A DNA stretch of 63,937 bases, the filler included, from Octopus bimaculoides (taxonomy: Eukaryota), in NCBI RefSeq assembly GCF_001194135.2. It is 4 parts of 3 records of this genome, joined end to end, with 100 filler letters (N's around TTAATTAATTAA, not from the genome) between each part and the next. Parts side by side here need not be neighbours in the genome. Positions count along the whole stretch, not along the records: positions 1 to 31,442 come from NC_068983.1; 3 more parts are not named here. One strand, 5' to 3'. The notes below the pieces were generated by a model. It searched no databases. It was given only the letters and a program-made list of their open reading frames with translations, and was not told where the DNA came from. A program made the translations under genes and the position numbers. Of the stretch, positions 1-12,499 are shown one piece after another; position 1 is the stretch's first letter; each line of letters opens with the position of its first letter.

Positions 1-183
1 CACCACCACCACCACCATCGCTATTGTTACCATCCCATCTAGTGTTTTCTGTTTTAGGTCTACTGACTCCCTGTCCAAGAATTCTGTTGCATTCAACTTT
101 ATTCTCCCTCTTGACCCCCATGGCCTTACCTTTGTCTGTGTTCTTGTGCCTATGGTTATCTGTGTCTGTGTGTCCGTTCTCCC

Positions 184-415
184 TGTTATTGTTGTTGTTG
201 TATTCGATTTTTTCTCTGTTATTGTTTTTGTTTTTATTGCTTGTCCTCATGTGTTCATTTTTGCTGTTGTTGTTGTTGCTGTTGGTGTTCATGGGGTTGC
301 AGTTGTTTTTGTTGCTACGGCTGTTGTTGCTACGGCTGTTGTTGTTGTTGTTGCTGCGGTTATCGTTGGTATTGTTGTTGTTGTGATTGTCGTCATTCAT
401 GTTGTTGCTGCGGTT
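184..415. repeat. Degenerate (GTT)n low-complexity tract
   Basis: Interrupted GTT/GCT/ATT triplets; explains the poly-L/V/C ORFs at 24-613. Confidence 0.85.
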
Positions 416-789
416 ACACACAAACACATATACTTATGTATTTTTCCAAAAGAAGTAACGTATCTTAGCGACAGATGTATAGAGGCTGATAAAGATCTCT
501 TGAATATTACAATACAATCATTAAAAAAACGTAGCCATGTAATAGAAATAAGATTTATTCCAGAATATCAGTATTGTTATTCAATCTTTACATTGTTCTC
601 GATATCATTTTAAAAAATAAAATAAAGCAATAATAATATTAATCGTTATTTCGTTTATTCGCCTCAAGGATGAAAAATAGGAGAAATTACAAGGACAAGT
701 TATAAAATCCATAGGGGCTTCAACAGAAATCGATTATGAAAAATAAAAAAGAAAACAGGCATGGAAAACAACAACCATTACTGCAATAT

Positions 790-806
790 TAATAATAATA
801 ATAATA

Positions 807-877
<71 letters not shown>
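790..877. repeat. Compound (AAT)n-(GAT)n microsatellite
   Basis: Direct reading; (GAT)n is perfect from 809 to 877. Confidence 0.97.
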
Positions 878-1680
878 AGGAATATTCGAATCAAACTGTT
901 CTGTTTAATAAAAGCAACCATTCAATGGAGAGATATGAATTTCGCTCCTAGATGTCCAGCAATTGACGATGTTATTATACCTATTCACGACTGAAATAGT
1001 ACGCTTATGTATAAGAGAGACAGTATGATTAGAAATACCAACAAAATATGTCTGGTGTCATTTTCGGATCGTGGATTTTATTGGTTTTTGTTTTGTTTTG
1101 TTTTGTTTTTTTTTGTTTTATTTTGTTTTTTATCTTTTTGTCCTGTTATTCTCTTTTGTTTTTTTTTTTGTTTTTGTTTGTTTTGTTTTGTTTTTTGGGT
1201 TTTTTTCTCTCTGAAAAACTACACCAGAAAACTTCCTGATTTATTTACTTACAGCATTAGTTACTGTCATTACTGTTGAAGATGATGATGATGATCATCA
1301 TCATGATAATCATGATGATAATGTTCTTAGTGTTGGTGTTTTTGTTAATGATAGTATTTGGTGATTTTTTTTTCTTTTATCTATTGCAAAGTAAAAGTAA
1401 TAAAAATGTAATTATTTCTTTAAGATTATTCGCTAAATCGAGGGTTTTATATGAAAAGCAAAATATATTATAGAAGAGAAGATTAAATAGTATTCTATAA
1501 TAGAAGGCTATTTCTGCAATAATGATGAAAATTAATAGATACAGTTTCCACTTCTTTCTTTTTTCTTTCTCAATTCAGAAATTACATTTCTATAAAACGA
1601 TTGGTGTAAATAATCAGGTATATGTCTGCAATATATATCTAAAGGGAATAATAATAATAAAAATGAGAAAAAGAAGAAAA

Positions 1681-1682
<2 letters not shown>

Positions 1683-1745
<63 letters not shown>

Positions 1746-2282
1746 CAGTAGTAGCAGCACCAGTAGTAGTAGTAGTAGTAGTAAGAAGAAGAAAAAGAAG
1801 TAGTAGTAGTAGTAGTAGTAAGAAGAAAAAGAAGTAGTAGTNNNNNNNNNNNNNNNNNNNNNNNNNNNNNNNNNNNNNNNNNNNNNNNNNNNNNNNNNNN
1901 NNNNNNNNNNNNNNNNNNNNNNNNNNNNNNNNNNNNNNNNNNNNNNNNNNNNNNNNNNNNNNNNNNNNNNNNNNNNNNNNNNNNNNNNNNNNNNNNNNNN
2001 NNNNNNNNNNNNNNNNNNNNNNNNNNNNNNNNNNNNNNNNNNNNNNNNNNNNNNNNNNNNNNNNNNNNNNNNNNNNNNNNNNNNNNNNNNNNNNNNNNNN
2101 NNNNNNNNNNNNNNNNNNNNNNNNNNNNNNNNNNNNNNNNNNNNNNNNNNNNNNNNNNNNNNNNNNNNNNNNNNNNNNNNNNNNNNNNNNNNNNAGTAGT
2201 AGTAAGAAGAAGAAAAAGAAGTTGTAGTAGTAGTAGTAGTAGTAGTAGTAGTTGTAGTGGCAGCAGTAGCAGTGGCAGTAGT

Positions 2283-2358
<76 letters not shown>

Positions 2359-2380
2359 AGAAGAAGAAGAAGAAGAATTC
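1683..2380. repeat. (AGT)n/(AGC)n/(AAG)n compound microsatellite spanning N-gap 1842-2194
   Basis: AGT arrays on both gap sides; the sub-unit AGTAAGAAGAAGAAAAAGAAG recurs on each side. Confidence 0.95.
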
Positions 2381-2699
2381 AGATATTTGCATCTACTAGT
2401 ATGATGGAAACTACAATAAACACACACATATAGACACGCACAAGCTATCCTGAAGGCTCTGTGCATATCGTCATGTGCATTTAAAAAACAGGACTCTGCT
2501 CTATAAGAAAACATGAGGAAAAGTGAGAAGAAAAAAGCAAGCGAGGCTGATTGAAAAAGTGGACTAAGAAGAAAGTAAAGAAAAGTAAGAGAAACAAGAT
2601 GTTAATCTTCTTTGTCTATAAAAATCATCTTTAATCTTGCGAGTATAGATTAATATAACAGAAGGGATGTCAAAAATCTGTGAGATTGCGACTCGATCC

Positions 2700-3050
2700 G
2701 GAGTAGGTGTGGTCCTCCAGTCCAACAAAAGAAACTTGTCCATATGCTTCCATTTGCTAAACATTTTTGATCTGAAATTAAGTAGTGTGGTGGCATTGTT
2801 GGACCTAAAAAAATGTGCGATCTTTCAGTTATGCCTAACTTGCATCTCTTTGGTCCATTTATGTATGGCGTAGCTATCTTCACCTATTTCCACTTGACTG
2901 TACAGACAAAGAGGACGAAAATCTTGGTTTTGTTACTTTTCCTTCCCTTCTTCTCATTCCACTTTTTGCATCAACCTCCTTCACAATTATTGTACTCATT
3001 TTTTTTTTTTTTTCTCGTCTTCTCATAGACCAGCATCTTGGTTTTTGAAT
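2700..3050 (-). mobile_element. Penelope-like element, C-terminal end of GIY-YIG region (decayed)
   Basis: Minus-strand frames give KIATPYINGPKRCKLGITERSHIF and MFSKWKHMDKFLL, resembling the PLE C-terminal pattern PY..g.KRCxLCltEK...SKCRHxNKF recalled from invertebrate PLEs. Confidence 0.6.
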
Positions 3051-3630
3051 ACATCTAACGATATGCACCGACCTGAAAAATTACTTGGAGATATATGGCT
3101 TCTTATGAAAGTTATTCAAGATTACAACTGTAAATAAACATTCAAGTATAGGCATATATTATACACATGGGTGTGTATAATATATATAGCGAACAATGAG
3201 AATGAGCACTCAATACAACATTGGTGAATAAAGATTCTCTATTTGTGAATTAAGGCTACTGTTGGTTTCATGTTAAGGGAGCCCATATACACAATATCAT
3301 ACCTAGATATAATTCATACCAGATGCATACAGGGTGCGTCCATAATGAAAGACATGTTAGAGCAGATGTACGAGAAAATTTCTGCGTATTTTAACTTTCC
3401 GTGTCTATCTGCTACAAATGACAGCTAAATCTCATTAAATTAACATCTTACGTAGAAAATAAGACGTCAGATGAAAACAGTAGTAATGCTAACGATTTCT
3501 CTTTTTTTAGGCACTGGACATCGAATGAGGACATTACAAGAAAGATTTATAATTTGCGTGAGGCTTCACATAAAAATAAATTGAAGGAAGAAAGGGAGTA
3601 TGATGAGACCGAAAATGTATGTATTATACG

Positions 3631-3673
<43 letters not shown>

Positions 3674-3710
3674 TGATGCAGTTCTCTTTATGCAGGAAAT
3701 NNNNNNNNNN

Positions 3711-3873
3711 CTAATCAAGCGACCACACACATCCTGTTTCGGTCTAATCACCGACACAGGCTCTTGCTCAACTTTTCACCAATCTACAGGCGCATGGAAT
3801 CGAACTCGGAACTGCCTGGAATCGAACTCGGAATCTTGGGGTTAGTAGCCTGCGCTCTTAACCACTACGCCAT
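3711..3873 (-). mobile_element. tRNA-derived SINE (family E), 3' end lost in 10-N gap
   Basis: Minus strand starts TATGGCGTAGTGGTTAAGAGCGCAGGCTACTAACCCCAAGATTCCGAGTTCGATTCC (A box, B box); the B box segment is duplicated; 3' hairpin CCTGTGTCGGT-GATTAG-ACCGAAACAGG. Confidence 0.7.
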
Positions 3874-3874
3874 A

Positions 3875-4070
3875 AGGCACACGGTCTAAAATTTGGGGGA
3901 GAAGGATAGTTGATGACATGGACCCCAGTTTTCAACCGGTGCTTATTCTATCGACCCCCGAAAGGATGAACGGTAAGTTGATCTCGGCGAAATTTAAACT
4001 TAGAACGTAAAGACAGACGAAATGTTGCTAAGCATTCCATCCGGGGTGCTAACCATTCTGCCAGTTCGCC
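3875..4070 (-). mobile_element. tRNA-derived SINE family A
   Basis: Matches the other copies in the window: head GGCGAGCTGGCAGAATCGTTAGC, B box GAGTTCAAATTCC, body CGAGGTCGACTTTGCCTTTCATCCTTTCGGGGTCGATAAATTAAGTACCAG. Confidence 0.9.
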
Positions 4071-4076
4071 CCCTTC

Positions 4077-4125
<49 letters not shown>

Positions 4126-4127
<2 letters not shown>

Positions 4128-4292
4128 TTTCTTATGGTTTCTTAAATATTCACTAGAACAAAACTGTACAAATCCAAATCCAAATATATGGTACCCTAGG
4201 CATAACACCTACATGAACTTCTAACTTGTTGTCTCTTGAGGTCTCTGGGTGAGACATGGATCCAACTTGTACAAATGCAAAACAAAAGTCAA
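4126..4292 (+). mobile_element. 5'-truncated R4/Dong LINE 3' UTR inside an (AAT)n array
   Basis: Aligns to the 3' UTR of the RLE-LINE at 29411-29590 (CCCTAGGCATAACACC.ACATGAAC.TCTAACTTGTTGTCTCTT.AGGTCTCTGGG); (AAT)n on both sides (4078-4127, 4290-4340). Confidence 0.85.
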
Positions 4293-4340
4293 ACATAAAA
4301 TAATAATAATAATAATAATAATAGTAATAATAATAATAAT

Positions 4341-4527
4341 AGTTTCAAATTTTGGCACAGGCCTGTAATTTCGGAACCCCAGAGTTTAATTGGTACTTAT
4401 TTAATCGACTCCGAAGGGATGAAAGGCAAAATGGACCTGGGCGAAATTCGAAGTCAGAACATAAAGACGGTCGAAATACCACTACGCATTTTGTTCGATG
4501 TGCTAACAATTCAGCCCGTTCGCTGCC
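4341..4527 (-). mobile_element. SINE family A (diverged)
   Basis: Same head, B box and body as other family A copies, reverse strand. Confidence 0.85.
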
Positions 4528-5573
4528 TTAAGTAATGCTAATAATGGTAATGATGTTGCTATTGCTGAAACTAAATGTGTAGCCTAACGCCTTACTTAGA
4601 AATGATTATTCACTTTAAATTCCAATGAATGACAGAATAGCTAGAAGAAAAAGACAAAACGCACCAATTATTAAATTACTTTAATAACATTTTCTAATGT
4701 GTAGTCCTTGTTTTCAAGACGACAGGGTGTCACGTAGTTGTAAGTCAAGTTACCACGTAAAGACTTCCTTGTTGTATCTTTTAATATAAGCCTGGTCAAA
4801 TGATATAGAGTAGTATTATGTCAATCAATTAGATCCCTCTGAGTTCGAATCTCACCGAATTCAACTTTGCTTTTTATTTTCAGGAAACGATACCCTCTAC
4901 TGAAAATGTAAGGCATTGTGTCTGTTACTTTTATCATTTATTCTGATATTCTTGTTGCTAATAGTTCATAATGTCATGTCATAAATCCAGGATTGCTATC
5001 ATTATAAGATTGTATCTTTGACATTTAATTTAATATAATTTTCTTAATATTCAAATATTTAATAACTATTGTCGAGCGTGTGTGCAGAGTATTGATTTAG
5101 CAACTAAAAGGTCGATATATGTCACTGTCTGTATGCTGTTTCTATATTTAACAGGATTAACTCTGTCCGGTTCACTCAACTAGAATAAGAGGTACCCATC
5201 AAGGTATCATACACACTACATAAATGACGAAACACAGAAGTACTGTTCGCATTTATAGGATAGTGTTGCAGCGACACACACACAAATATCTTAGATTGCA
5301 TACAAAAGATTATATAACTGATCAGCGAAAATTTCATAACCAAGAAAATTCAATTATAAGCTCGAACAGGAGCACACTCTCTCCGTTTTCTACTGTTATT
5401 ATAAGAACCTATACTCCTTTAATGGTATAGCTTTTCCCACCACGCCAGCTTATCTCATCCCTCCTCTATCCTCCTGTTAATCTTAATGTGTCCCAATACC
5501 TGGAACTACATCACACACTGAAAACTTCTTCCATCCACAACTGCTCATATCCTTCAAATAATTCCATTACTTT

Positions 5574-5734
5574 AGGGGCGTCTTAATAGTGCTATCGGCC
5601 CCCGAGCAAAGCAATGCAATGGGGCCTCTATATTTATTGACAGTAAGCCACAGTACACACAAACATTAAATGGGCTGCTACACACAGGGGGACCCAGAAT
5701 GATAACTCGGTGTGCCCACACTTTAAGACGGTAG
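5574..5734. mobile_element. Possible short MITE (PIF/Harbinger-like appearance)
   Basis: Ends CGTCTTAA (5579-5586) and TTAAGACG (5723-5730) are inverted; GC-rich GGCCCC/GGGGCC internal motifs in an AT-rich background. Superfamily is a guess. Confidence 0.4.
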
Positions 5735-6264
5735 AGATAAGAGAGGATCATGGAAACTGTCCACTTTCCTCATTATATAAAAAAAAAGAGCAAACGAATT
5801 CTAATACTTTTGTAAGAATTAATGGGGGAAATGAAGGTTTATATGCCTTACTTCTAAACTGTAAACGTTTACGGGATTAACCTTTACACATTATTTTTCT
5901 CTGATTTATAGGACGCAAGTTATACTAAGTTGAATAAAGAGACGATGTCATACCTTCAATATATAAGTTTCAATTCCCATTCAAAGAAACAAGAAACTCT
6001 GGAAAATAATTGCATAATGCCTCCTCAAATATCCCCCTCAAATATCCTTTAGCTGCATAAAAAATACGAATTCCTACGTCATAGGTCTGTGACCAAAATA
6101 TAGTTTCACATTATTGAGTGAAATTCATCAATTTTTATTTGCTGATTTCAAAATTAACAAAGAAATTATCCCATCATTTACAGTTTCTTCACTAAATTGA
6201 TCATTGCATTTTACCATTGTCTGAATGTGACCATTATCTTTTATTAATACTATTAACTGCCAAA

Positions 6265-6485
6265 GCAGCGAGTTCGCAAAAAAATCGTTAGCATGCCGGG
6301 CGAAATGCTTAGCGGTGTTTCGTCTGCTGCTACGTTCTGAGTTCAAATTCTGCAGAGGTCGACTTTGCCTTTCATTCTTTGGGGTCGATAAATTAAGTAC
6401 CAGTTGTGTACTGGGGTTGATGTAATCGACTATTCCCTTCCCCTGAAATTTCAGGCCTTTTACCTATAGTAGAAAGGATTATTAC
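6265..6485 (+). mobile_element. SINE family A, full length, inserted in the 5' non-coding part of the Chapaev3 element
   Basis: Complete head-to-tail copy ending GTAGAAAGGATTATT. Confidence 0.92.
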
Positions 6486-6824
6486 TATTCATTGCCATAG
6501 CTATAGGGACAATAGGTGTCATTTTGAAAAATAAGCATCTAACAATGTATAAACTGCTCCAACTACTCGCAAGCAATCAGGAGAGAAATACATGCTTTAC
6601 AAAGACACGCTTCTTTGCTTAAAACGTATTTTTTAAAATTCAGTTATTTCCTCATGCCTTTATTCTATGTATATATGCTATATACTTTGTTTTATTGTAT
6701 CATGTGTTACATTTCAATGCTTATTTAATGACATGTATACATTTAGATGTTGAATCAAATATATGCTGTTAAAAAGTGTTCCCTTGACCTTTCCGTACAG
6801 ACTTCCACGTCATTTGAAGCAAGG

Positions 6825-8450
6825 ATGTCTTCTAGAAGGTGGGTAGTAGTCTCGGAAAATTTATATTACTTCATGGCGAGAAAAGTTACAGAATTAATCA
6901 AAAAATCTTACTATGCCTATTTTGTTGTGAAATTAAGAAGTGGGCTCCTCATAAGACCTTCTCAATTCGTATTGATGAGCTAAGATATGGACAGAATGTA
7001 CAAAGAAATCTTTTCGTTTTGGGGTTCCAATGAAATGAAGAAATAAAAATCAGAGGGATGATTGCTAATTTTGCTCATGTAAAGTGCAGGGATACAAAGA
7101 GTGGGAAAAACATTGTTTATCCAAATCTCCAATCTGCATTGCAAACTGCTGCCCATAGACCAGACGTTCCAGTCCCATCACCATCAGGAAATGTTGAAGT
7201 CATACACTTGAGTACTGAACCAGGAGGCAGATATAACAATAACAATGAAGACTTCAATAGCAGTGAAGGTGAAGACCCGCAACTATTCAACCAGTGTGTA
7301 TTAATTGATCTAGTGACAGACTTAGGGCACGCAAAGGAGTTAGCAGAGCTTTTAAATTCCAGACCGAAATCCAAGGATCTAAAATATCCTCGCGCATCAT
7401 TCTATAGGTATCGTAACGTGAAAAAGTATTTCTCCGTGTTTTGCTCAAGAAAATTATTTGATTTATTGTGCAGACCCATCTGCACATTATTGTTTATTGT
7501 GCAGGACTAATTAAAAAGTTTGGTATAAGTTATAGCCCTGATGAACGGAGACTCCTTATTGATTCCTTAAAGAGAGCTCTAAAGCTGTTCTGCTGCATGA
7601 TGGTAATAAATAAGCTTCCATCCCTGCTAGACACTCACTGGTTATAAAAGAAATATATGAACATTTGGTGTCACTCTTGCGCAATTCAAAAATCACCACT
7701 GGATGATTTGCGGTGACTTGAAAATAATTTGCATGTTGCTTGGACATCAGTTAGGCTACACAAAATTTCCTTGTTCCATGCGTGGGTGAAACAATATAGT
7801 CAGGAACTTCTATTGGTCTAAAAAAGAATGGTCAATTAGGAATATGCTTACACCAGGAACAAAGAATATCCTTCGAGTAAGTTTAGTTGATCCGGAAAGA
7901 GTTCCATTGCCTCCTCTACATATAAAATTTAATCTCGTGAAGCAATTCGTAAAGGTTTTGCAATAGGATAGAAGAGGGCTTCAAGTATCTGTGTAGCAAG
8001 TTTCCTACTCTATCAGACACCAAGTATGAAGAGAGTGTATTTGTAGGACCAGATATAAGGAAACTCACCAAGGATGGAAATTTTGAAAACTCTTTTTGAT
8101 TTTCAAAATATATGCTTGGATTAGTTTTAAAGATGGATGAAGAACTTCTTGAATAATCGCAAGGATCCAAGATAAAAAAAGACAATGGCAAGAATGCTGA
8201 CAAAGGTCAAGACATTTTGAAATAGAATGAGCATTAAAGTTAATTTTCTACATGCCCATTTGGATTTCTTTCCAGAAAATCTGGAGGATGTGAGTGAGGA
8301 GCAGGGGGAAATATCTCATCAAAACATAAAGGAGATGAAAAGAAGATATAAAGGAAGTTCTAATATCAATACGATGACTACTGATGGATGTTGCAACGTG
8401 AATATCCATCAAATGCTCACAATCAAAAGTGTTCCAGGCATAGTTTTCTA
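6825..8450 (+). pseudogene. Chapaev3 transposase pseudogene
   Basis: Motifs across frameshifts: MSSRR; KKSYYAYF; WAPHK; FGVPM; IVYPNLQSA; PQLFNQ; LLIDS.KR.LKAVLLH; CGDLK; LPPLHIKF; FVGPDIRKL; FLHAHLDFFPENLEDVSEEQGE..HQNIKEMKRRY. Many stops and frameshifts. Confidence 0.9.
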
Positions 8451-10138
8451 GTGAAAAAGAAGGTTTTGAGGTGCCGAACCTAAAAAAAAACCCTTGTTAA
8501 ACGTTTTTTCATCTTTCAATTGCATTTGTGCCATTCTATTTTGCTAAATAAAGTACTAAAATTATTTTTATTATTTTTATTTTTGTCCTACCATATGCGG
8601 ATATACCTACAAATTATGTTATATATTACCATTAGATTGTGAGAAAATCTTAAGTAATGGAAAAGAGCTTTTTGATATTTCGAATTAGCACGTCAGAATT
8701 ATGAGAAATAATATTCAATTATCAAAACGATTTACAAAATTTCCAATTCACAGACCTGTGCAATTGAAGAGTATTAAAAATATAGTGATATAAACAACTC
8801 AGGTAACATAGACGTTAGATTGAATGGCCGAAGTCAAATGAGTGAAACAAGTACAAGAATAAAAGAATATCTATTGCAAGCAAGGCATTCAGTGTTTATA
8901 TTTTCTGAAAAAGGAAGGCAAACTGAGGTTAACTCCCTCTAATAAACGATGCTGTCATGAATCATATTCTAGTTTTAAAGGCAATTGAGGAATTCAGAAT
9001 TATTTAAACCAAATACAAGCTAAATGACACAGCAGTGCGTCATGGTCGTTTGCAGTAATCAGCTATTCCTTTCTATGTTATTATTTGAGCCTCAATTTAA
9101 ACCACTTGCATTTATGAGAAAGACAAGGGTCTATGTCGGTAGAGAATATACAATTAGTAGTTCAGTTGTTATACATATAGTCCACAGTATTACTAGATAC
9201 ACGTCTAATAAAGTAAATCCACAGAAATAACAGCTAACAGCTAATAGCTAACGTGAATTGGATTTCATCCTTTCATCTGTGTTTGGAGAATATAACAATC
9301 AATTAATGTGTCCTTCCCACATTCTCCCCGTTCTCCTCACCTCTTTCGCTCGCTATATTTTTTTCTATTTACCTTCCTCACTAGAGTGTTAAAAGTTAAG
9401 TCTCGTTAAATATCACTATTCAAATATTTGCTGTTTACTGTAAACCACCCACTTTACGGCCATTATCATTTCGAAATATAGCGCCATGAAATTAATTTAA
9501 CGTAATACAATAAATTATGTTTACGACATAAAGTACAGTCAAGCAGTTGCCTCAAAGAAGAATTCAATTAAAGTATTTTTGAAAACATGTTCCATATTTC
9601 GATAACAAAAGCAGATCAGTTTATCCATCTCAACAGGAAATCTCCAGAATCAACAACAGCAATATCAACAAGAGAAATAATGGAAGCAATATTAAGGAAA
9701 ATATTATTTTGAAGAATAACAGCAAACTTTTAGTAAAGTGTTATATATTGAAATTTTTCTGTAAAATTATGATAGTCTCAATTAAGCGCTCAGCGAGAAA
9801 CAAATTAAGCACAATTAAACCATTGGAATCCTTCAATATCTTTAATGGGATAATTCCATCAAAGTCTCAAGAGAAGATATTTAAGTGTGAAACTTTATGA
9901 AATTATACTAACAAAATAATTATAAGTATACGTGTTATTCACTAAACCCTATGTGTTTTATATCATACATTTTTTATAGTATTAGAGAGAGAGAGGGGGG
10001 TATATTTTGAAGTCTAATTAAAACTCTAAAATTGACTAAAACACATACTTAGTAATATAAATACGCACATAAAACATAGTACACGCACATGGATTCATAT
10101 ATATGTACATATGTGTGTGTATGCATGTGTGAGTGTGC

Positions 10139-10260
<122 letters not shown>

Positions 10261-10825
10261 AATAACAAGGTATATCATCATGGCTCAGACTGCAAGCGTT
10301 AACTATATATGATATTTACCTACATAAACCTATGAAAAGAAATGAGAATTAGCCTTCCCGAGATACCTGAGTCGCGGATCTGTCGTATAGCGAACGATCG
10401 AGTTAACTTAGCATCAGATTCTATAAGCGAATGTATATAAGAGATATACATTCACGGCAGATAGGGCGCTCCATTCTGAATTTCAGGAATATGAATAGCA
10501 TTAATATAAAGCATTTGCGAGAATAATAAGTATATAAATATACTTATATATATACATATATTCATGTGCATGTGTGTTTTTGTGCGTGTGTGTGCATGCG
10601 TGTGAGTGTGTGTGTCGGTCTATTTATATATTTATGTATATGTAAAAGATTTCAGAGACAAATAACGGAATGTAATGACGTTTTGCAGCCACAAAAGTGG
10701 TTTTCAGTCAAGAGTCACAGTGTGCAAAGTCTTCGATACACGCGTCCCAGTTCACCGGACTTAAATTAGAATTATTCAGTCGTTAGATCGATAAGTATAA
10801 CGGCGCCGCCTCCTTAACCAGTAAA

Positions 10826-11695
10826 CAGCTGAACTCTTTCATCGTTTTCGTTAACAGAGTTTGCCATGCTCTGTAACTCCATCGACCATTTTTGCCACTT
10901 CTCTTATCTGAGGACATTTCTGTTTCTATTGATGGACCAACCACTCTACTCCACTCCTGGCTTTTCTAAATTCATTAACTCCCAATACTATCATGATTTC
11001 ACTCTTAATACTTCATTCTACTCCACTCATACCATCCCTTACGCGCAATTCCTTTACCGCCACTATGCTTGCAGCCGGTCGTACTAAATTGAGTATCTTT
11101 TCTCACAAGAAGGTTAGCCTTCAAGCAGACGTTGATGTCGCCACTCGTCGTCGCACTACGGATGTTAAACGTACCGTAGTCCTCATACCTTTTATTTACC
11201 CTATCACCAACCACATTTCTTTTACCCTCACCTAACATCTCACGAACTTACTGTTGCAACGCATCATGCTGAGGCACATCTCTTTCACTCTGATCTTGCA
11301 GGTTCCCAGATGTTTTCTGAGCCCTCTCCTTTCATGAGCGACCATATTTATTCGTGACCTTCAGTCCACTATTCCTTATGCCTCTTCACATCCAACTTGA
11401 ATTATTTATCTGCTTCCGCTTCCGTACTAACACCTGCTTCATCATCTAAAACACCACCATCCCAAACCTAACTCTTGTTTTTTATGTCACCGACAGTTTC
11501 ACTTGTACTGTTAAGAAAATAATTTACTGCAATTGCGCTACCTCTGTTGCTTACTATATATTACAGTAAACAATCGGGGATTGAAGAATGATTTTAGATA
11601 ATATGTTAGACGTTCGACGTAACAATATTTGATCACTTCACCTTGTGGCACATTATTTCAATTATTCTAGTTGCACATCTTTCTGTTCCTTGTGT
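10826..11695 (+). mobile_element. Penelope-like element, RT thumb to GIY-YIG remnant
   Basis: Frameshifted translation gives DISVSIDG, HTIPYAQFL (cf. NSIPYSQFLR), IPF, then FYVTDSFTCTVKKIIYC...LDVRRNN...VAHYF (cf. FTCTSTNVIYCI.C...RDV....PVARHF). Confidence 0.75.
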
Positions 11696-11744
11696 CATTA
11701 TATATTATATTTTATATATATATATAAGTACACATACATATATA

Positions 11745-12118
11745 TTTATTGTTGGCACTCCGTCGCTTACGACGTCGAGGGCTCCAGTTGATCCGATCAA
11801 CGGAACAGCCTGCTCGTGAAATTAACGTGCAAGTGGCTGAGCACTCCACAGACATGTGTACCCTTAACGTAGTTCTCGGGGACAATCAGCGTGACACAGT
11901 GTGACAAGGCTGACCCTTTGAATTACAGGCACAGCAGAAACAGGAAGTAAGAATGAGAGAAAGTTGTGGTGAAAGAGTACAGCAGGGTTCGCCATCATCC
12001 CCTGTCGGAGCCTCGTGGAGCTTTAGATGTTTTCACTCAATAAACACTCACAACGCCCGGTCTGGGAATCGAAACCGCGATCCTATGACCGCGAGTCCGC
12101 TGCCGTAACTACTGGGCC
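11745..12118 (-). mobile_element. tRNA-derived SINE family B, tail type 1
   Basis: Minus-strand head GGCCCAGTAGTTACGGCAGCGGACTCGCGGTCATAGGATCGCGGTTTCGATTCCCAGACCGGG (tRNA-Arg-like); shares about 180 bp with 23699-23878; 5' end abuts a gap. Confidence 0.85.
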
Positions 12119-12421
12119 NNNNNNNNNNNNNNNNNNNNNNNNNNNNNNNNNNNNNNNNNNNNNNNNNNNNNNNNNNNNNNNNNNNNNNNNNNNNNNNNNN
12201 NNNNNNNNNNNNNNNNNNNNNNNNNNNNNNNNNNNNNNNNNNNNNNNNNNNNNNNNNNNNNNNNNNNNNNNNNNNNNNNNNNNNNNNNNNNNNNNNNNNN
12301 NNNNNNNNNNNNNNNNNNNNNNNNNNNNNNNNNNNNNNNNNNNNNNNNNNNNNNNNNNNNNNNNNNNATATATATATATATATATATATACATACCAGTG
12401 GTTCGCATGTATGTAAGTATG

Positions 12422-12452
<31 letters not shown>

Positions 12453-12499
12453 TGCGCAACGCTAAGACGCGTGACACACACGTATACGCAAATGCATGC

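Larger units (their letters stand above)
6080..8760 (+). mobile_element. Chapaev3 (CMC superfamily) DNA transposon, near full length, decayed
   Basis: Inverted termini CATAGGTCTGTGA (6080-6092) and TCACAGACCTGTG (8748-8760), 12/13 match, bracket a frameshifted Chapaev3-type transposase. No clean TSD seen. Confidence 0.85.

Noticed and set aside
24-613. Three overlapping ORFs (poly-L, poly-V, poly-C)
   Set aside because: Translations of (GTT)n low complexity in all three frames; no domain or codon structure.
1532-2514. Longest ORFs in the track (286-292 aa, also 15986-16904 and 56327-56999)
   Set aside because: Length comes from N-gaps and simple repeats; only the MGSSDSAQ... part at 16804-16864 is real and belongs to the PLE RT.
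2461-3068. 11-bp inverted match GTGCATATCGT / ACGATATGCAC around the PLE fragment
   Set aside because: Short, no TSD, and PLEs lack TIRs; could be chance.
7538-7570. CTGATGA motif inside the Chapaev3 ORF (also 49194-49230 and 57121-57150)
   Set aside because: No GAAA after a stem II, so not hammerheads.
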